From the IMG/VR virus record IMGVR_UViG_3300048578_000131, positions 1-58,335 of that record: a stretch of DNA of 58,335 nt; one strand, 5' to 3'. Of this stretch, positions 9,450-20,073 are shown in pieces. How positions within the stretch are numbered: position 1 is the first letter of the stretch; each line of letters opens with the position of its first letter. A program made the position numbers and the translations under genes. Below the pieces are notes generated by a model that made no database searches, had not been told where the DNA came from, and saw only the letters and a program-made list of their open reading frames with translations. Origin of the DNA: a virus (Duplodnaviria > Caudoviricetes).

Positions 9450-11033
9450 TCAGTCGTGAGCGCGGACGCTGTATTCGCCCGTGATGGTGCCGGAAGCCGG
9501 CAGGAACTGGATATAATTGTCCACCTGATTGGCTAGCCGCCTGCCTGCACCAACCACGCGAGCGAGGGCACCAGAGCCGTTCACGCGGGTGTTCTCGAAT
9601 GTGACCAGCGTTTGCCGGCCGCTCTCCTTGGCGTTGCTGATCACGGCCTTGATCTGGCCGAACTCGCCGGCCGCATTGCCCACGGTATCGACCATCACGA
9701 TCTGGTTATCGGCCGTGTCGTTGGTGCCGTTCGTCGTGAACGGACCGGTGCCGCCCTGGAAGGCATAGGCCCAGCCATAATCCGACGCGCCCGCATCAAC
9801 CGATGCACCACCATTCGCATCGGTCCTGAAATAGATCGCAACGTTATCGGCCGACGTGATCAGATAGGCGTCCAGATCGTAATATTTGTACAGGGTGCCA
9901 TTCGGCTTTGTTGGGAGCGCGAAGCCAACGGTTGAAGCGGTGGAAAAGGTTGCGGTCGTGACCTGAGGCTGGATATTCGTGATGTGCGAGCCATCCGCTT
10001 CCGGGTAGACGGCATTGCCGGAGCCATCGTCTTCAAGTACAGGAATGTCGCCAGGTTCCGCGGGCGGCACATACAGGCTGATATAGAAGCCCTTGACCGC
10101 AAAAGTACCGAGAGCGTTGGCTGTAATCGTCACGTCTGCCGGCGATGTGTCATAGATTTTGTACGCCAATTCTATGCCGGCCTCAGACGGCACGTCGGCT
10201 ATGGTTGCAATGCCATCTTCTGACGGCGAAAAATCTATGTGAGAGGGCGCGCCGGTCTGCCTTTGGGCGGACCCGAATACGATCAGTGGCGCAGCCCCGG
10301 TGGAACTGGTCACGGTAATGGACAAGGGATCGGTCGTGTCCATCAACATAGAACCAATGTCAAAACTCGCAATTGGAACATCACCCCTGAACACCTGAGC
10401 AGCAAACGCTACAGCTCCACTACCGCTTACATGCTCCCATTCAATAGTTGCTCCACCTTCGGAACCATCGGCGATTTTGACATAAAGAAAGATATAGTTG
10501 GGGTCTCCAAACCGCGTGAACCCATCCGGTGTGCGCAAGGTATGGGCCGTTCCTATCGTGCGCATCACGCTGACGACGATAAGATCGCCAGCCTCGATGG
10601 ACGCTGGCATTGTGATTTCGTAAGGCGCGCTCGCACAAACTGCCGTTGCATCATCGAAGAATGTTATCGATGCTGGTGACTGCGCCGCACCAGACACCGG
10701 TCCCGGAACAAGCCGCACAAACCAGCCCGAAGATTCGGCGGTGCCTTGCGCCTCTGTGCAGCGGCCCTCGAACTCGAATGTCTCCGGATCGTAGCTGGTC
10801 AGCAGCAGCCGGAAGAAGCTCAGGGCGCCGCTCTCATAATCGACGAACAGCAGCGACGCATTGCGCGTCGCCATCACATAGCTTTCGAGCGTTCCGGAAA
10901 TGACCTGCCCGACGGCAGGCGTGGCAATTGTGTCGAAGCATCTGGATGTGATCGCTGCGCGGTCCGCAGCGTTATCCGCCTCGACCGCCGACTCGATCAC
11001 CAGCCCGGCATTGTCCAGTCCAGCCATGATCAT
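9450..11033 (-). CDS. Tail fibre / receptor-binding-like protein
   Basis: Beta-rich mosaic protein directly after the large tail protein. Confidence 0.6.
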   Translation of the reverse strand: MIMAGLDNAGLVIESAVEADNAADRAAITSRCFDTIATPAVGQVISGTLESYVMATRNASLLFVDYESGALSFFRLLLTSYDPETFEFEGRCTEAQGTAESSGWFVRLVPGPVSGAAQSPASITFFDDATAVCASAPYEITMPASIEAGDLIVVSVMRTIGTAHTLRTPDGFTRFGDPNYIFLYVKIADGSEGGATIEWEHVSGSGAVAFAAQVFRGDVPIASFDIGSMLMDTTDPLSITVTSSTGAAPLIVFGSAQRQTGAPSHIDFSPSEDGIATIADVPSEAGIELAYKIYDTSPADVTITANALGTFAVKGFYISLYVPPAEPGDIPVLEDDGSGNAVYPEADGSHITNIQPQVTTATFSTASTVGFALPTKPNGTLYKYYDLDAYLITSADNVAIYFRTDANGGASVDAGASDYGWAYAFQGGTGPFTTNGTNDTADNQIVMVDTVGNAAGEFGQIKAVISNAKESGRQTLVTFENTRVNGSGALARVVGAGRRLANQVDNYIQFLPASGTITGEYSVRAHD

Positions 11034-14000
11034 TTATCCATAGTTGACGGTTTGATAGAGCCACTCGAACAGGACCCGGCGTATGCGGATCATCTTGTTG
11101 GTGGTGGTCCTGATCCGGTACTTGAGCTGCGAGCCGGCGACATCCGGTTCCGTGAACCTGGTGCGATAGATTCGGATCGGCCCGGCCTGCGTCAGGTCGG
11201 TGATGCCGTGGTTGACCGAGACGATGCTGAAGCTCGTGTCGGCCGACATGTTCGACGGCGCCGGATCGACATACATGTCGCGGTTGCTTGTCCCGCCGAA
11301 CCCGGTGATCTGGTGGATGACGCCGTTGTTGGCGCCGGTCAGATCGCCGAACTGGATGAGCATCCCGGCGGCAAACCCTTCCGCGATGGGGTCACCTGAT
11401 CCGAAGGTGTATTTCTCGTCGGCAGCAGACGCCGCAACACTCGTGAAGTTGGCGTGCGATTTTGACACCACCACATCGATGATGTCCTCGCTATCGAATG
11501 AGGTCCAGTTCGCGGCGTTGTTGGCGGAGAATTCGACCTTGAAATCACGGCCCGGAATAACCGTATCGTCCTGGACCTGCGTCTCCACCCACATCCGCGC
11601 AGTCACAATCTCGGCCGGAACCTGGATGTATGGCTGCGACCCAGACCAGCGCGACACCAGCGTCATGTTGTTAGCGCCGACATTCTCGTAGAACTCGACT
11701 TCGACGATGCTGATGGTACGAGACGATGTCAGCTCGATCGCGGTGCCGGACACCACCAGCCACACATATTGCCATTGCGTGAAGTAGAATTTCTCCAGGA
11801 CGTCGAGGGTGATGACCTGCTTGTTGCGCGCATGGCTCTTCGGAATCTGAAGCGGGTTTGCGATGATCGTGCCGTCGTTCGGATTGTTGGGCGGTGTCTG
11901 GCTCGCGCGCACCGTAAACAGGATGTAATCGGTGTTTGCCCCGACCGACTGGAAGCCGGCCGTGGGCGGATAGATCATCGCCTTTCTGATCGACCGCGCA
12001 TCGCCGGCATAGGACTTGCCGATGAAACGGGCGCCGACCGCGGTGCCCACCAGCAGGCCTGCAGTAGAGCCGGTCTTGGCGGTCGTATTGTCGAATGCGT
12101 TTCCGGGATTTGTTACGCTAGTCCCGGGACCGCTGATGACGGTGCCGGTATTGTGCGGGATCTTGGTGACGGAGCCGGTCGTGGTCGGCTGAACCACCCA
12201 ATCGTTCTTGCCGTCCGAATCACTGTCCTGCTGGATGCGCGAATAGTTCGAGGAATTTGCGGTATCGATATAGGTGGCGTTGTTGAATCCGTCACGGAAC
12301 AGATTGCCATCGCGAACGCTGCCGCCGCTGCGCTCGGCCTCGGCCATGAGCATGCCGGCGAGCATTCGGCTGTTCTGCCGGATTTCGAACAGCAGACTTT
12401 CCGGCAGGAGCTGGTTGCCGGTGATCTGAGGGATCGAGATCTCGCCTGTGGTGACGGTCTCCCAATCCGACCAGTTGGTATCGCGGTCCGAGTTCGGGAT
12501 ATAGCGGGCGCGAGCATCGTATTGCGTCAGCGGCAGAAGCCCGTTGCCTTCGACCTGGAATTCGCCCGAAAACGGATCGTCGCTGCGAAGCTGCGCGATG
12601 ACCTGCTCGTCCGACGTCCGCCTGATCTCGAACGCGAGCCCGGCGACGTCGTCCAGATCGACCGAAACGACATCCCATTCCAGGAGAATACCGGGCCGGG
12701 TGCCAGCGCCCGACGCGCCCGTGACGGTATTCGCAGTCGCGGTGAAGCCAACGATGTCCTGCGCCGGAGGCGGCTCGCTTTCCGCTTCGCTGATGACCGG
12801 AGCTTCGTAATCGGTGTCGACATCGAAATCGTAGTCGGATTCATCGATCTCGGTGATGTCGATCACGACATCGAGGTTGGCCTTGTCGAGGACGCCATCG
12901 AGCCTGAATGTCTTGTTGATGTAGCCGTTGCGGTCCGACGACCATTCGACGATATCGCCTGGCTCCAGTACCCACGCCGATGGACCAAGCACCAGTGTGT
13001 GGCGCCGTGCCCGCTGCGCCTCCTGCAGGCTCTCCAGCATGAGCTGCTGGACCTGCCGGGCATAAGGCACCGCATCGAGAGCGACGTCGGCGAGCAGATG
13101 ACGGTTGCCGGCCAGCACCTCAAGATCGGATCGGTAGATCGGCGGCGCCGGCTTGTAGTTCCAGCCCTCGTCGGGCTCCGGATATTTCGCGGTAATCCCG
13201 TTGACGGTATCGGACAGCCCGTAGAACGGGGTAAAGGTCTGTTCCTCAGTGGAGAGGATATCGTCGTCGGTGAAGACGAGGGCCGCCCGCGCGCGATGTG
13301 CCGGTGCCGATGTCGTCGGGATGTAGGACCCGGCGACAGAGTCGCGCTCGAGCTGCGCTCCCCACAGAAAGACACCGGAGGTGCCATCACCGGTCCCGTC
13401 CGGCGTCGTCAGATAGCAGTGAACACCGGTATTGGTGTTGGTGATGAATGTCAGTCGGCAGCGATACCAGCCGCCTGGCAACGCTTCGATCGACGCGTCA
13501 GGGCTGGTGAACCCTGCCGATGCCGGCGTGCCGGCCGTGCCGGTCGACAGGTTGAAGGTGCATTGTGCGCTGGCCGAGACGCCATCGCCCACATAGAGCC
13601 TGAGCGACCGGCCGCCATTCTTCGCGTAACAGGTCAGCGTGTAGGCGAGCGCCTGTGCCGGTTTGGTGCCGAGCTGATAGAGATAATGCCCGCCGGTCGA
13701 GGTGTCTTCGCACAGAAAATCGGCCGTGATTGAATCATCCGGCGCGGTGGCCGCATTGACAACAGAGCCGGAACCGAAGGCCTTGAACCCGACCCTGCCC
13801 CAGACCGAGTTTTCGTTGAATGATTGCGAGTGCAGCAGCAGATTGGTGCGCGCGTCCGGCGCCCCGCAATGCAATTTATAGAAGCCGCCCGGCTCCGCCA
13901 GCCGGCCCTGACACGCCGTCAGCAGCGCCTCGACAGTCTCCGCAACATTGTTGTTTACGGCCACCTCAAGCGAGGAGCGATATCGCGGCTCCGTTCCGCC

Positions 14001-14930
14001 ACCAGGCTTGTCCACCGCAAACCGGCATTTCTCGATCTGCTCGATCCAGTGCGCTGCCGGCAGCCGAGAACCCGCCATGTTCTGCAGGCCATAGAGCCAG
14101 TCGCCGCCATACGAGATGCCGCGCAGCACGTTGTAAATCTGCACGGCAGGAAGGTGATCGCCGTCACCGCCCCATGTCGCGCGGCTGTTCCAGCGCTGCG
14201 AACCCGATCCACCAACCGTGGAATCTTTCGACGGGTCATAGAGCTTGATGCCACCCAGCTCGAACTTGAATTGAGGAAAGCCCGAGAACAGCCGGTCCTG
14301 CACGAGGGAGGTAACGACTGCATAGGCAACACCGGTGCCGACCCGCGTCGATTCATAGGGCCGCACCGCGGACGCGGCATGATTGACGCAAAGTTCGTCC
14401 GCTTCGGTCTGGGTGCCGTCGTGGAATCTGATCCACATGTACGGCTTGCCGGTAACCCCTTTGTATTCCTCGACGGGATGTCCCCGCACATTCGAGGAAT
14501 CATCCCAATCAATCGTGCAAAAGGTATCGTTGGCCCAGAGACCGACGAGACCATCGGCGCCAGCTCGCAACGGCAAGTCGGACAGCGCTATAACCTGCGT
14601 CAGATAAGCGTTTGGCGTCTCACCGAACTTACCCCACGTATTTGCCCACACGAGCGACCCGGCTGTCACCCGCCAGCCGAGCGGGAATGAACGCGGTGTG
14701 TCCGCACCGGACTGCAGCTTGCCCTGCACCGAGAAGCCCGGTCCGGTCTGCTGGCCCTGCGGTGTCGATTGCTTGCCGGCAATGCTCTTGGCGAGCAAGT
14801 TCACGCCTATGCCGGCGGCGACCTGTAAGCCGAACGCCGTCGCACCGGCGACGAAGGTGAATGCCGCCGTTCCGGCCGCAAGACCAACACCCGTGGCGAC
14901 TGCCACACCTATGCCAGTAAAAATCGGCAT
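11034..14930 (-). CDS. Large tail hub / host-specificity protein with inserted carbohydrate-binding-like domain
   Basis: 1298 aa; GIKLYDP, LEPGDIV, FnIII-like segment; insert TNLLLHSQSF...GAQLE...SYIPT. Confidence 0.85.
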   Translation of the reverse strand: MPIFTGIGVAVATGVGLAAGTAAFTFVAGATAFGLQVAAGIGVNLLAKSIAGKQSTPQGQQTGPGFSVQGKLQSGADTPRSFPLGWRVTAGSLVWANTWGKFGETPNAYLTQVIALSDLPLRAGADGLVGLWANDTFCTIDWDDSSNVRGHPVEEYKGVTGKPYMWIRFHDGTQTEADELCVNHAASAVRPYESTRVGTGVAYAVVTSLVQDRLFSGFPQFKFELGGIKLYDPSKDSTVGGSGSQRWNSRATWGGDGDHLPAVQIYNVLRGISYGGDWLYGLQNMAGSRLPAAHWIEQIEKCRFAVDKPGGGTEPRYRSSLEVAVNNNVAETVEALLTACQGRLAEPGGFYKLHCGAPDARTNLLLHSQSFNENSVWGRVGFKAFGSGSVVNAATAPDDSITADFLCEDTSTGGHYLYQLGTKPAQALAYTLTCYAKNGGRSLRLYVGDGVSASAQCTFNLSTGTAGTPASAGFTSPDASIEALPGGWYRCRLTFITNTNTGVHCYLTTPDGTGDGTSGVFLWGAQLERDSVAGSYIPTTSAPAHRARAALVFTDDDILSTEEQTFTPFYGLSDTVNGITAKYPEPDEGWNYKPAPPIYRSDLEVLAGNRHLLADVALDAVPYARQVQQLMLESLQEAQRARRHTLVLGPSAWVLEPGDIVEWSSDRNGYINKTFRLDGVLDKANLDVVIDITEIDESDYDFDVDTDYEAPVISEAESEPPPAQDIVGFTATANTVTGASGAGTRPGILLEWDVVSVDLDDVAGLAFEIRRTSDEQVIAQLRSDDPFSGEFQVEGNGLLPLTQYDARARYIPNSDRDTNWSDWETVTTGEISIPQITGNQLLPESLLFEIRQNSRMLAGMLMAEAERSGGSVRDGNLFRDGFNNATYIDTANSSNYSRIQQDSDSDGKNDWVVQPTTTGSVTKIPHNTGTVISGPGTSVTNPGNAFDNTTAKTGSTAGLLVGTAVGARFIGKSYAGDARSIRKAMIYPPTAGFQSVGANTDYILFTVRASQTPPNNPNDGTIIANPLQIPKSHARNKQVITLDVLEKFYFTQWQYVWLVVSGTAIELTSSRTISIVEVEFYENVGANNMTLVSRWSGSQPYIQVPAEIVTARMWVETQVQDDTVIPGRDFKVEFSANNAANWTSFDSEDIIDVVVSKSHANFTSVAASAADEKYTFGSGDPIAEGFAAGMLIQFGDLTGANNGVIHQITGFGGTSNRDMYVDPAPSNMSADTSFSIVSVNHGITDLTQAGPIRIYRTRFTEPDVAGSQLKYRIRTTTNKMIRIRRVLFEWLYQTVNYG

Positions 14931-14931
14931 A

Positions 14932-15396
14932 TCAGAGTTTCTTCAGAAAATGCGTCTCGGCAGCGGAATAACCGCGCCGCTCAAAGAGCTTGCCAACGCG
15001 AGGCACCTTCCCCATGCCGGCCATTCCGGCGTAACCGCAGCCGCGCCGGCGTGCCCATTCTTCATAAGTTTCGAGCATACCGTTGACCGTCGTCAGACCA
15101 CCCCGGCTGCCTTCTTCGATCCACCATGCGGTGTCCTTTGCGATGCGCAACTGCGGCGCGAACGGATGCGCGAACAGCGCCGCCATCAGGAAGCCGTGCG
15201 CCTTGTCCTGCGGCGCATAGACGATTAGGCAGGCGTCCGGATGTGAGCGGTGCAGATCGAACAACATCGACATCTGCTCGTGCGACGGATCGAGCGGAAT
15301 GATTCCATCCGGCCCAAACCCGGCCGACAAATTGGCTTTTGGCATCATCGCGATCACGTCGTCGCGATCATTTGGTGTTGCAAACCGGATTGTCAC
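14932..15396 (-). CDS. GNAT-like acetyltransferase in the tail operon
   Basis: GTG start IRFATPND; WWIEEGSRGG, YEEWARRRG, LFERRGY. Confidence 0.75.
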   Translation of the reverse strand: MTIRFATPNDRDDVIAMMPKANLSAGFGPDGIIPLDPSHEQMSMLFDLHRSHPDACLIVYAPQDKAHGFLMAALFAHPFAPQLRIAKDTAWWIEEGSRGGLTTVNGMLETYEEWARRRGCGYAGMAGMGKVPRVGKLFERRGYSAAETHFLKKL

Positions 15397-16082
15397 CCGC
15401 CGCGCGCCCTGCGCACCATCTCGGCCGGCGTCATGCCGGCAAGCGGATTGGCCGGGATCTTCCCGCGCCCCGCCTTGCCCCAGAAGAATTCCCAATCGCC
15501 GACCGAAGCGGTGTCCTGATAGAAATTATCGGTCGCGCTGCGCAACCGCTGCGACACGTCCGATCGGGTGTCCGGATTGTACCGCGTCATCTCCTGCGTA
15601 TGAGAGACGCAAGTGAGGACAACGCCGCCCTCCTCGTTCTCGGCAGGCGTCGTGATCTCGATCTTGTCGACGAAGCCCGCGGACCGGCATTCTGCGGGAG
15701 CAACCATCAGCCGCGTCACCGAATCGAACAGGCCGCGGAATACTTGCACCGGCGCCTGTTTCGCATCATAGGTCCGCACCAGCGTGTTGACCCGATCGAC
15801 CACCTGCGACAGCTTCACCGTCACGGTCTGGACGGTGATATTGGAGACCAGCGGGATATCGCTGATCTCGATCAGCCCGCCGGCGCCTTCGAAAATGCGC
15901 TCGTCTGCCGAGCCAGCGTCAGGGTCCATCACATCGCATGTGATCTGCCAGACATCCGACCAGTAATGATCCGAAACCGGGGTGCCCGTGTCGCGCGTAC
16001 GCACTGTGATCGAAAAGAAATCACGCGCCACAAGACGACGCGCCGCAAGAGCGGCGAGGATTTCGGGAGGGAAAGATCGCAT
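15393..16082 (-). CDS. Minor tail protein (DUF2163-like)
   Basis: Position between the distal tail and hub genes; GFVDKIEI, RSDVSQRLR. Confidence 0.7.
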   Translation of the reverse strand: MRSFPPEILAALAARRLVARDFFSITVRTRDTGTPVSDHYWSDVWQITCDVMDPDAGSADERIFEGAGGLIEISDIPLVSNITVQTVTVKLSQVVDRVNTLVRTYDAKQAPVQVFRGLFDSVTRLMVAPAECRSAGFVDKIEITTPAENEEGGVVLTCVSHTQEMTRYNPDTRSDVSQRLRSATDNFYQDTASVGDWEFFWGKAGRGKIPANPLAGMTPAEMVRRARGG

Positions 16083-16085
16083 CAG

Positions 16086-16736
16086 CTACCGCGCCTCGAT
16101 CGCCTGAAACGACACCGATCCGCGCCCGCCGAGATCGGCAGCAGTCGATATCGATCCCGGCACGATCGCCATGATGCAGGACGGCTTCTTCACCGACACC
16201 GCGGGCGGCGGCGACCCGCCCCCATCGACCCCGGTCCAGATGTGTGGCTGAACCTCGAACAGGCCAGTCAGACCCGACCCATCCGCAGTCGCCGCCTCCA
16301 TCACGCGATGCAGGTCGGCATCACCGATCTGGATCATATCACCGACGGAGAGCACGAATCCTGCCGGCAACGCACCGACACGCACCGCCTTGCGGTTGGC
16401 GTCAACCGTATGGAGTTCGGCGGACACGCCATTGAAGGCCAGACCTGTCGGCCATGACCCCCGCGGGTAAAGGATCGGATAGGTCCGCGACAATGAATAG
16501 CCCCGGAACGTGATCATGCCGTTCTGCATGGCCTGCAGCCGTGCCCGCCAGTGGTCGAGCCCGTTTGGCCTCAGATCCTTGGATCGCGCAGCCATCCGCC
16601 AGAGCGAAGGGCCAAGGTCTTTGAGATAGGTCCGGCCGCCGGCCACACGCGACCGATCCTGCCGGAATTGCGGATCGAAGTCCGTGACCCATCCGGGAAA
16701 GTCGGACAGGATATCGAGCGGTTCGGTGAGAGCCAT
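16086..16736 (-). CDS. Distal tail-like protein
   Basis: Directly follows the tape measure gene; LSVGDMI, SVSFQAIE. Confidence 0.7.
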   Translation of the reverse strand: MALTEPLDILSDFPGWVTDFDPQFRQDRSRVAGGRTYLKDLGPSLWRMAARSKDLRPNGLDHWRARLQAMQNGMITFRGYSLSRTYPILYPRGSWPTGLAFNGVSAELHTVDANRKAVRVGALPAGFVLSVGDMIQIGDADLHRVMEAATADGSGLTGLFEVQPHIWTGVDGGGSPPPAVSVKKPSCIMAIVPGSISTAADLGGRGSVSFQAIEAR

Positions 16737-16739
16737 GAC

Positions 16740-18767
16740 CTACCAGCGCTTCGAGCCGCGGGATTGCACGAGAGCTTTTACGCGAGGCTCGAAATCGGCC
16801 TGCTGCCGGGCAAGCGCCTGCTCAATACGAGCGACCGCGGCAACGTCAGCACCGCGCGCATCGATCACCGGAGCGAAGGTGATGCTCGCCCCGCCGCCCA
16901 TCGAACGTACGACATCGTTCGGGACCACCTGCCCGGAGGCACCCGGAACGAACAATTCAGGACCGCGCTCGCCCACGACGTAGGCGGAGCCGCTACTGAC
17001 CGATCCGCCTCCAGCACGTCCGCCGCCGAAACTGAAGGCGCCGGCGAGCGGGTTATAGATGCCGTTGCCGCTCCCTCCCATGCCGCCGCCGGTCAGCAAA
17101 GATGCGAAGTTGCTGATACCGGCCCGGATCAGAACCCGGCCGATATCGGCGATGATCGACGAAGCCATCTGGCGGAATGCTTCCGCAACCGTCTGCGTCC
17201 GGTTGCCGATATTGACGAGCGCATCTTCGAGACCACGGAGTCCCGTGACGGCGGCTTCCTGCAGGTTCTTATTCAGATCGCGCCCTTCGCGAATGAAACT
17301 GACCATCGGCCCGCGCGCATCCTCAGCCGCCTGGGCCGCCCGCGCATATGCATCCGCCACCTGCTGGATCTTGACGGCCTGCTCTGCCGTCACCTCGCCG
17401 TTATTGACTCCGGCGAGCGTGTTTGCCTGTTTCGCGACGGTTTCCAGCTCAGCCACAACGCGCGCTCGCTCGCGCGCAGCGGTGCCGAGATCGATCGCAG
17501 CGGTCTCGGCATCCAATGCAGCCGCCCGCCGTTCGATCGAATCCACCGCCGAGTCAAACCGATCCCGGGACGGAGCCGACGATGCCGTCTCCCTCGCCTT
17601 CGGCGCGCTGTCCGGCCGGCCGCGCGGCAACGGAACGCTTGACGATGGCGGCGGATAGTCCCCCTGGAAATCGGATGCGTACCGCTCGGCGTCATACCGC
17701 GCGAGTTCGCGATTGGCGTTGTTGAGTATGCCCTGGTAGCGGCTTCGCTGCGCAAAACCGAGATTAGGATCTTGCAGGCGCCGCTCCATTTCGGAGCGCT
17801 CTTCTTCATACTGCCGGATGGCCGCCGGCCGCCCCAGCGACTGCGCTACACCGGCCGCTTTTGCAATGAGGCCGACGATGTCCGCCCAAACGCTCTTGAT
17901 CGTGAGCGCCGTGTCGACAAGGCCATCCCAAGCCGGCTTCAGGTTTTGCGCCAGCGTCTGATTTGCCTTCTGCAGTTCGCGATCGACATCCGCCGCGCGC
18001 TTGACGAGATCATCCGAGAAGATATCGCCACCGCGGACACCCTCGCGCTTCAGACGCTCCAGTTCCTGCCGGAAGTCAGAGATATTGATCTTCCCGAGCC
18101 GCAGATTGTCTTCGAACTTCTTGCCGAAGACCGTGCCCGCCAGGTCGAATGCGGCAAGCTCTTCGCCCTCGCGGCGCAACTGCTCGATCGCCTTGACCAG
18201 AGCAAGCACGCGGTCCGACTGATCACCTGCGTTGCGGAACGCATCCAGCGGCCCCTTGTCGCTTGCGACACCCGCAAGGAAGTATTCCTGCAGCTTTTGC
18301 AGCCCCGGGCTGACCCGATCGATCTTCTCTTTCGTTGCTTCGAACGCGCTCGACAGCGCCTGCTCGAGATCGGCGACCTCTACCTTCAGCTTCTTGGCTT
18401 CGCGCGTGAACGATTGAAAGAATTGCCCCGTGACGCCTGAGGCTCCCGCCTTGTTCGAAATCTCGACGAGTTGCTCGAGCTGCTCACGTGCCCCGAGGAT
18501 CGCCCCAGCCATGACTACGCCGGCCGCTCCGACCGCAAGCTTGATGGCACTGAACGACGACACGATCTTGGCCGACGTACCGACCCAGCCGGCACCGTAC
18601 CGCGACGCAGCAGCAAGGCCTACATCGCGCACGAAGCCGTTGTGTTGCTGGAACTGCTGGGCCACAATCCGCAGCGTCGTTCCGACATGGTTGGCCGCCT
18701 TTTCGCTTTGCTGGCGAAAGGATTCCATGTCGAGAGCAACCGGAATTTTTAGCGCAGGTGCCGGCAT
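16740..18767 (-). CDS. Tail tape measure protein
   Basis: 675 aa, Ala-rich and helical; C-terminal RAGGGSV...VGERGPELFVP. Confidence 0.9.
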   Translation of the reverse strand: MPAPALKIPVALDMESFRQQSEKAANHVGTTLRIVAQQFQQHNGFVRDVGLAAASRYGAGWVGTSAKIVSSFSAIKLAVGAAGVVMAGAILGAREQLEQLVEISNKAGASGVTGQFFQSFTREAKKLKVEVADLEQALSSAFEATKEKIDRVSPGLQKLQEYFLAGVASDKGPLDAFRNAGDQSDRVLALVKAIEQLRREGEELAAFDLAGTVFGKKFEDNLRLGKINISDFRQELERLKREGVRGGDIFSDDLVKRAADVDRELQKANQTLAQNLKPAWDGLVDTALTIKSVWADIVGLIAKAAGVAQSLGRPAAIRQYEEERSEMERRLQDPNLGFAQRSRYQGILNNANRELARYDAERYASDFQGDYPPPSSSVPLPRGRPDSAPKARETASSAPSRDRFDSAVDSIERRAAALDAETAAIDLGTAARERARVVAELETVAKQANTLAGVNNGEVTAEQAVKIQQVADAYARAAQAAEDARGPMVSFIREGRDLNKNLQEAAVTGLRGLEDALVNIGNRTQTVAEAFRQMASSIIADIGRVLIRAGISNFASLLTGGGMGGSGNGIYNPLAGAFSFGGGRAGGGSVSSGSAYVVGERGPELFVPGASGQVVPNDVVRSMGGGASITFAPVIDARGADVAAVARIEQALARQQADFEPRVKALVQSRGSKRW

Positions 18768-19053
18768 GCTTCGGACAACCCTCTTTTTGTTAGCAATGAC
18801 CGCCAGCAGCTACGCGCAGCAATGGCCACCGAAGGGAACCGTTGAGGAGAAGATCGAAGCCTCGATGTTTCGTGACAACTGGAACTGCACCAAGGTCACG
18901 AAGATCGATTATGTCGGCCCCGATCACTTTGGGCAGGTTTATCGCGTCACTTGCGACGTTCACGACATCAAGGATCGCAAGACCACGATCCAGTATCGCG
19001 TGACCGAGAACACCGCGGCGAAGCCCGGCTACAAGATCGAGCCTTGGCGCTAG
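18766..19053 (+). CDS. Small secreted protein (moron) on the opposite strand
   Basis: Signal peptide MLRTTLFLLAMTASSYA; Cys pair; ATG shares CATG with the tape measure start. Confidence 0.65.
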   Translation: MLRTTLFLLAMTASSYAQQWPPKGTVEEKIEASMFRDNWNCTKVTKIDYVGPDHFGQVYRVTCDVHDIKDRKTTIQYRVTENTAAKPGYKIEPWR

Positions 19054-19111
19054 TGAAGCTTGGCGCGGCGATCTTCGCTCTCGTGTATTAGTTGATCGAA
19101 TCTATCGTCAC

Positions 19112-19642
19112 TCATGGGTTCAGGCTGGTCTGCAGCGCCATTGGCTCTGTTGTAGCCATCGACGGCGGCGGCGAGTTCCCAGAGCGTGAGTTCGTCGACA
19201 TGTCGAGGGGTCCACTTGAAAGTGGCGCCGAGTCCGTAGACGGCTGAGCGGCGGAGACGTCCATCATCGCGGTAGATGCTGGGTCCTTGGCCTCCGCCGC
19301 CGGGCTTTTTCCCACTTCGTCATCGGGCACGCCGATCAGGACTGCCTCGAGGATCGTCTGTGCGAGGACAACGCTTGGCGCCAACCCTCCGGGGTGACCA
19401 TGCACATGAAGGTCGATCGCCTTCTGCGCATCCTTTGCCGCCATTCCGCCACCGATCAGCCCAAGCCGGATCACCTCACGCACATCGTTGATGCGCCAGG
19501 TCCCGCCCACCAGCCGGCCGTAGATCTCGGCAATACCGGCGCCGCACTTGTCCTCGATGGCAAGCACGGTGCCGATCTTGGCGGCGCAGAAGTCATCTTC
19601 CCCGCCGGACCAGACGATCCGGCGGGTGCCGACTGCCGTCAT
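19112..19642 (-). CDS. Tail assembly chaperone G (GTA gp10-like); -1 frameshift gives a GT form ending at 19050
   Basis: DVREVIRLGLIGGGM; in-frame slippery G GGA AAA at 19313-19307; the -1 frame reads WTPRHVDELTLWELAAAVDGY to TAG at 19050. Confidence 0.88.
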   Translation of the reverse strand: MTAVGTRRIVWSGGEDDFCAAKIGTVLAIEDKCGAGIAEIYGRLVGGTWRINDVREVIRLGLIGGGMAAKDAQKAIDLHVHGHPGGLAPSVVLAQTILEAVLIGVPDDEVGKSPAAEAKDPASTAMMDVSAAQPSTDSAPLSSGPLDMSTNSRSGNSPPPSMATTEPMALQTSLNP

Positions 19643-20064
19643 GTGCTAACCCGCGATACGACGCCATCCGACACGAGAGCGACATTCATGTTGACGCGCT
19701 GGCCGCGCTCTCCGGTGATATTGAGCTCGGACAGGCGGAACATGCCTTCCCACGCTGTGGCACCAAGTTCGATCCGGCACTTCTTCGCCTCGCCGGATTC
19801 CCACCATTCCTCCCAAGTATCCTTGGACTGAGCCGCGACGACGCCTGCGCCGGAAATTGCGGCCTGATAAGAAATCACGTCGCGTCCAAGCCAGGTCGGG
19901 GCGTCCGGATCGTCGCAGTCGGGAATGTTCGTATCGTTCATGTTGGCCGTGCGCTGAAAGCCGCGCGACGTCAGCCCGCACGGATCGGCGAACTGCTCAG
20001 GGCTTCCGCCGTCCGAAAGCAGGACAAGAAATTCCGAAAACTTATTCGTTTGAGCCTGTGCCAT
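19639..20064 (-). CDS. Major tail tube protein
   Basis: PCGLTSRGF, IPDCDDPD, ISGAGV, LVSDG. Confidence 0.88.
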   Translation of the reverse strand: MAQAQTNKFSEFLVLLSDGGSPEQFADPCGLTSRGFQRTANMNDTNIPDCDDPDAPTWLGRDVISYQAAISGAGVVAAQSKDTWEEWWESGEAKKCRIELGATAWEGMFRLSELNITGERGQRVNMNVALVSDGVVSRVST

Positions 20065-20073
20065 CGCGGCCTC

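Noticed and set aside
11769-13733. 654-aa plus-strand ORF and other long antisense ORFs (28596-30272, 41835-43316, 50818-52371)
   Set aside because: Shadow frames overlapping better-supported genes in high-GC DNA.
9450-14930. Diversity-generating retroelement acting on tail genes
   Set aside because: No reverse transcriptase and no TR/VR repeat pair seen.
19050-19642. Tail chaperone frameshift as a novelty
   Set aside because: Real, but it is the well-known lambda G/GT mechanism; listed as a feature only.
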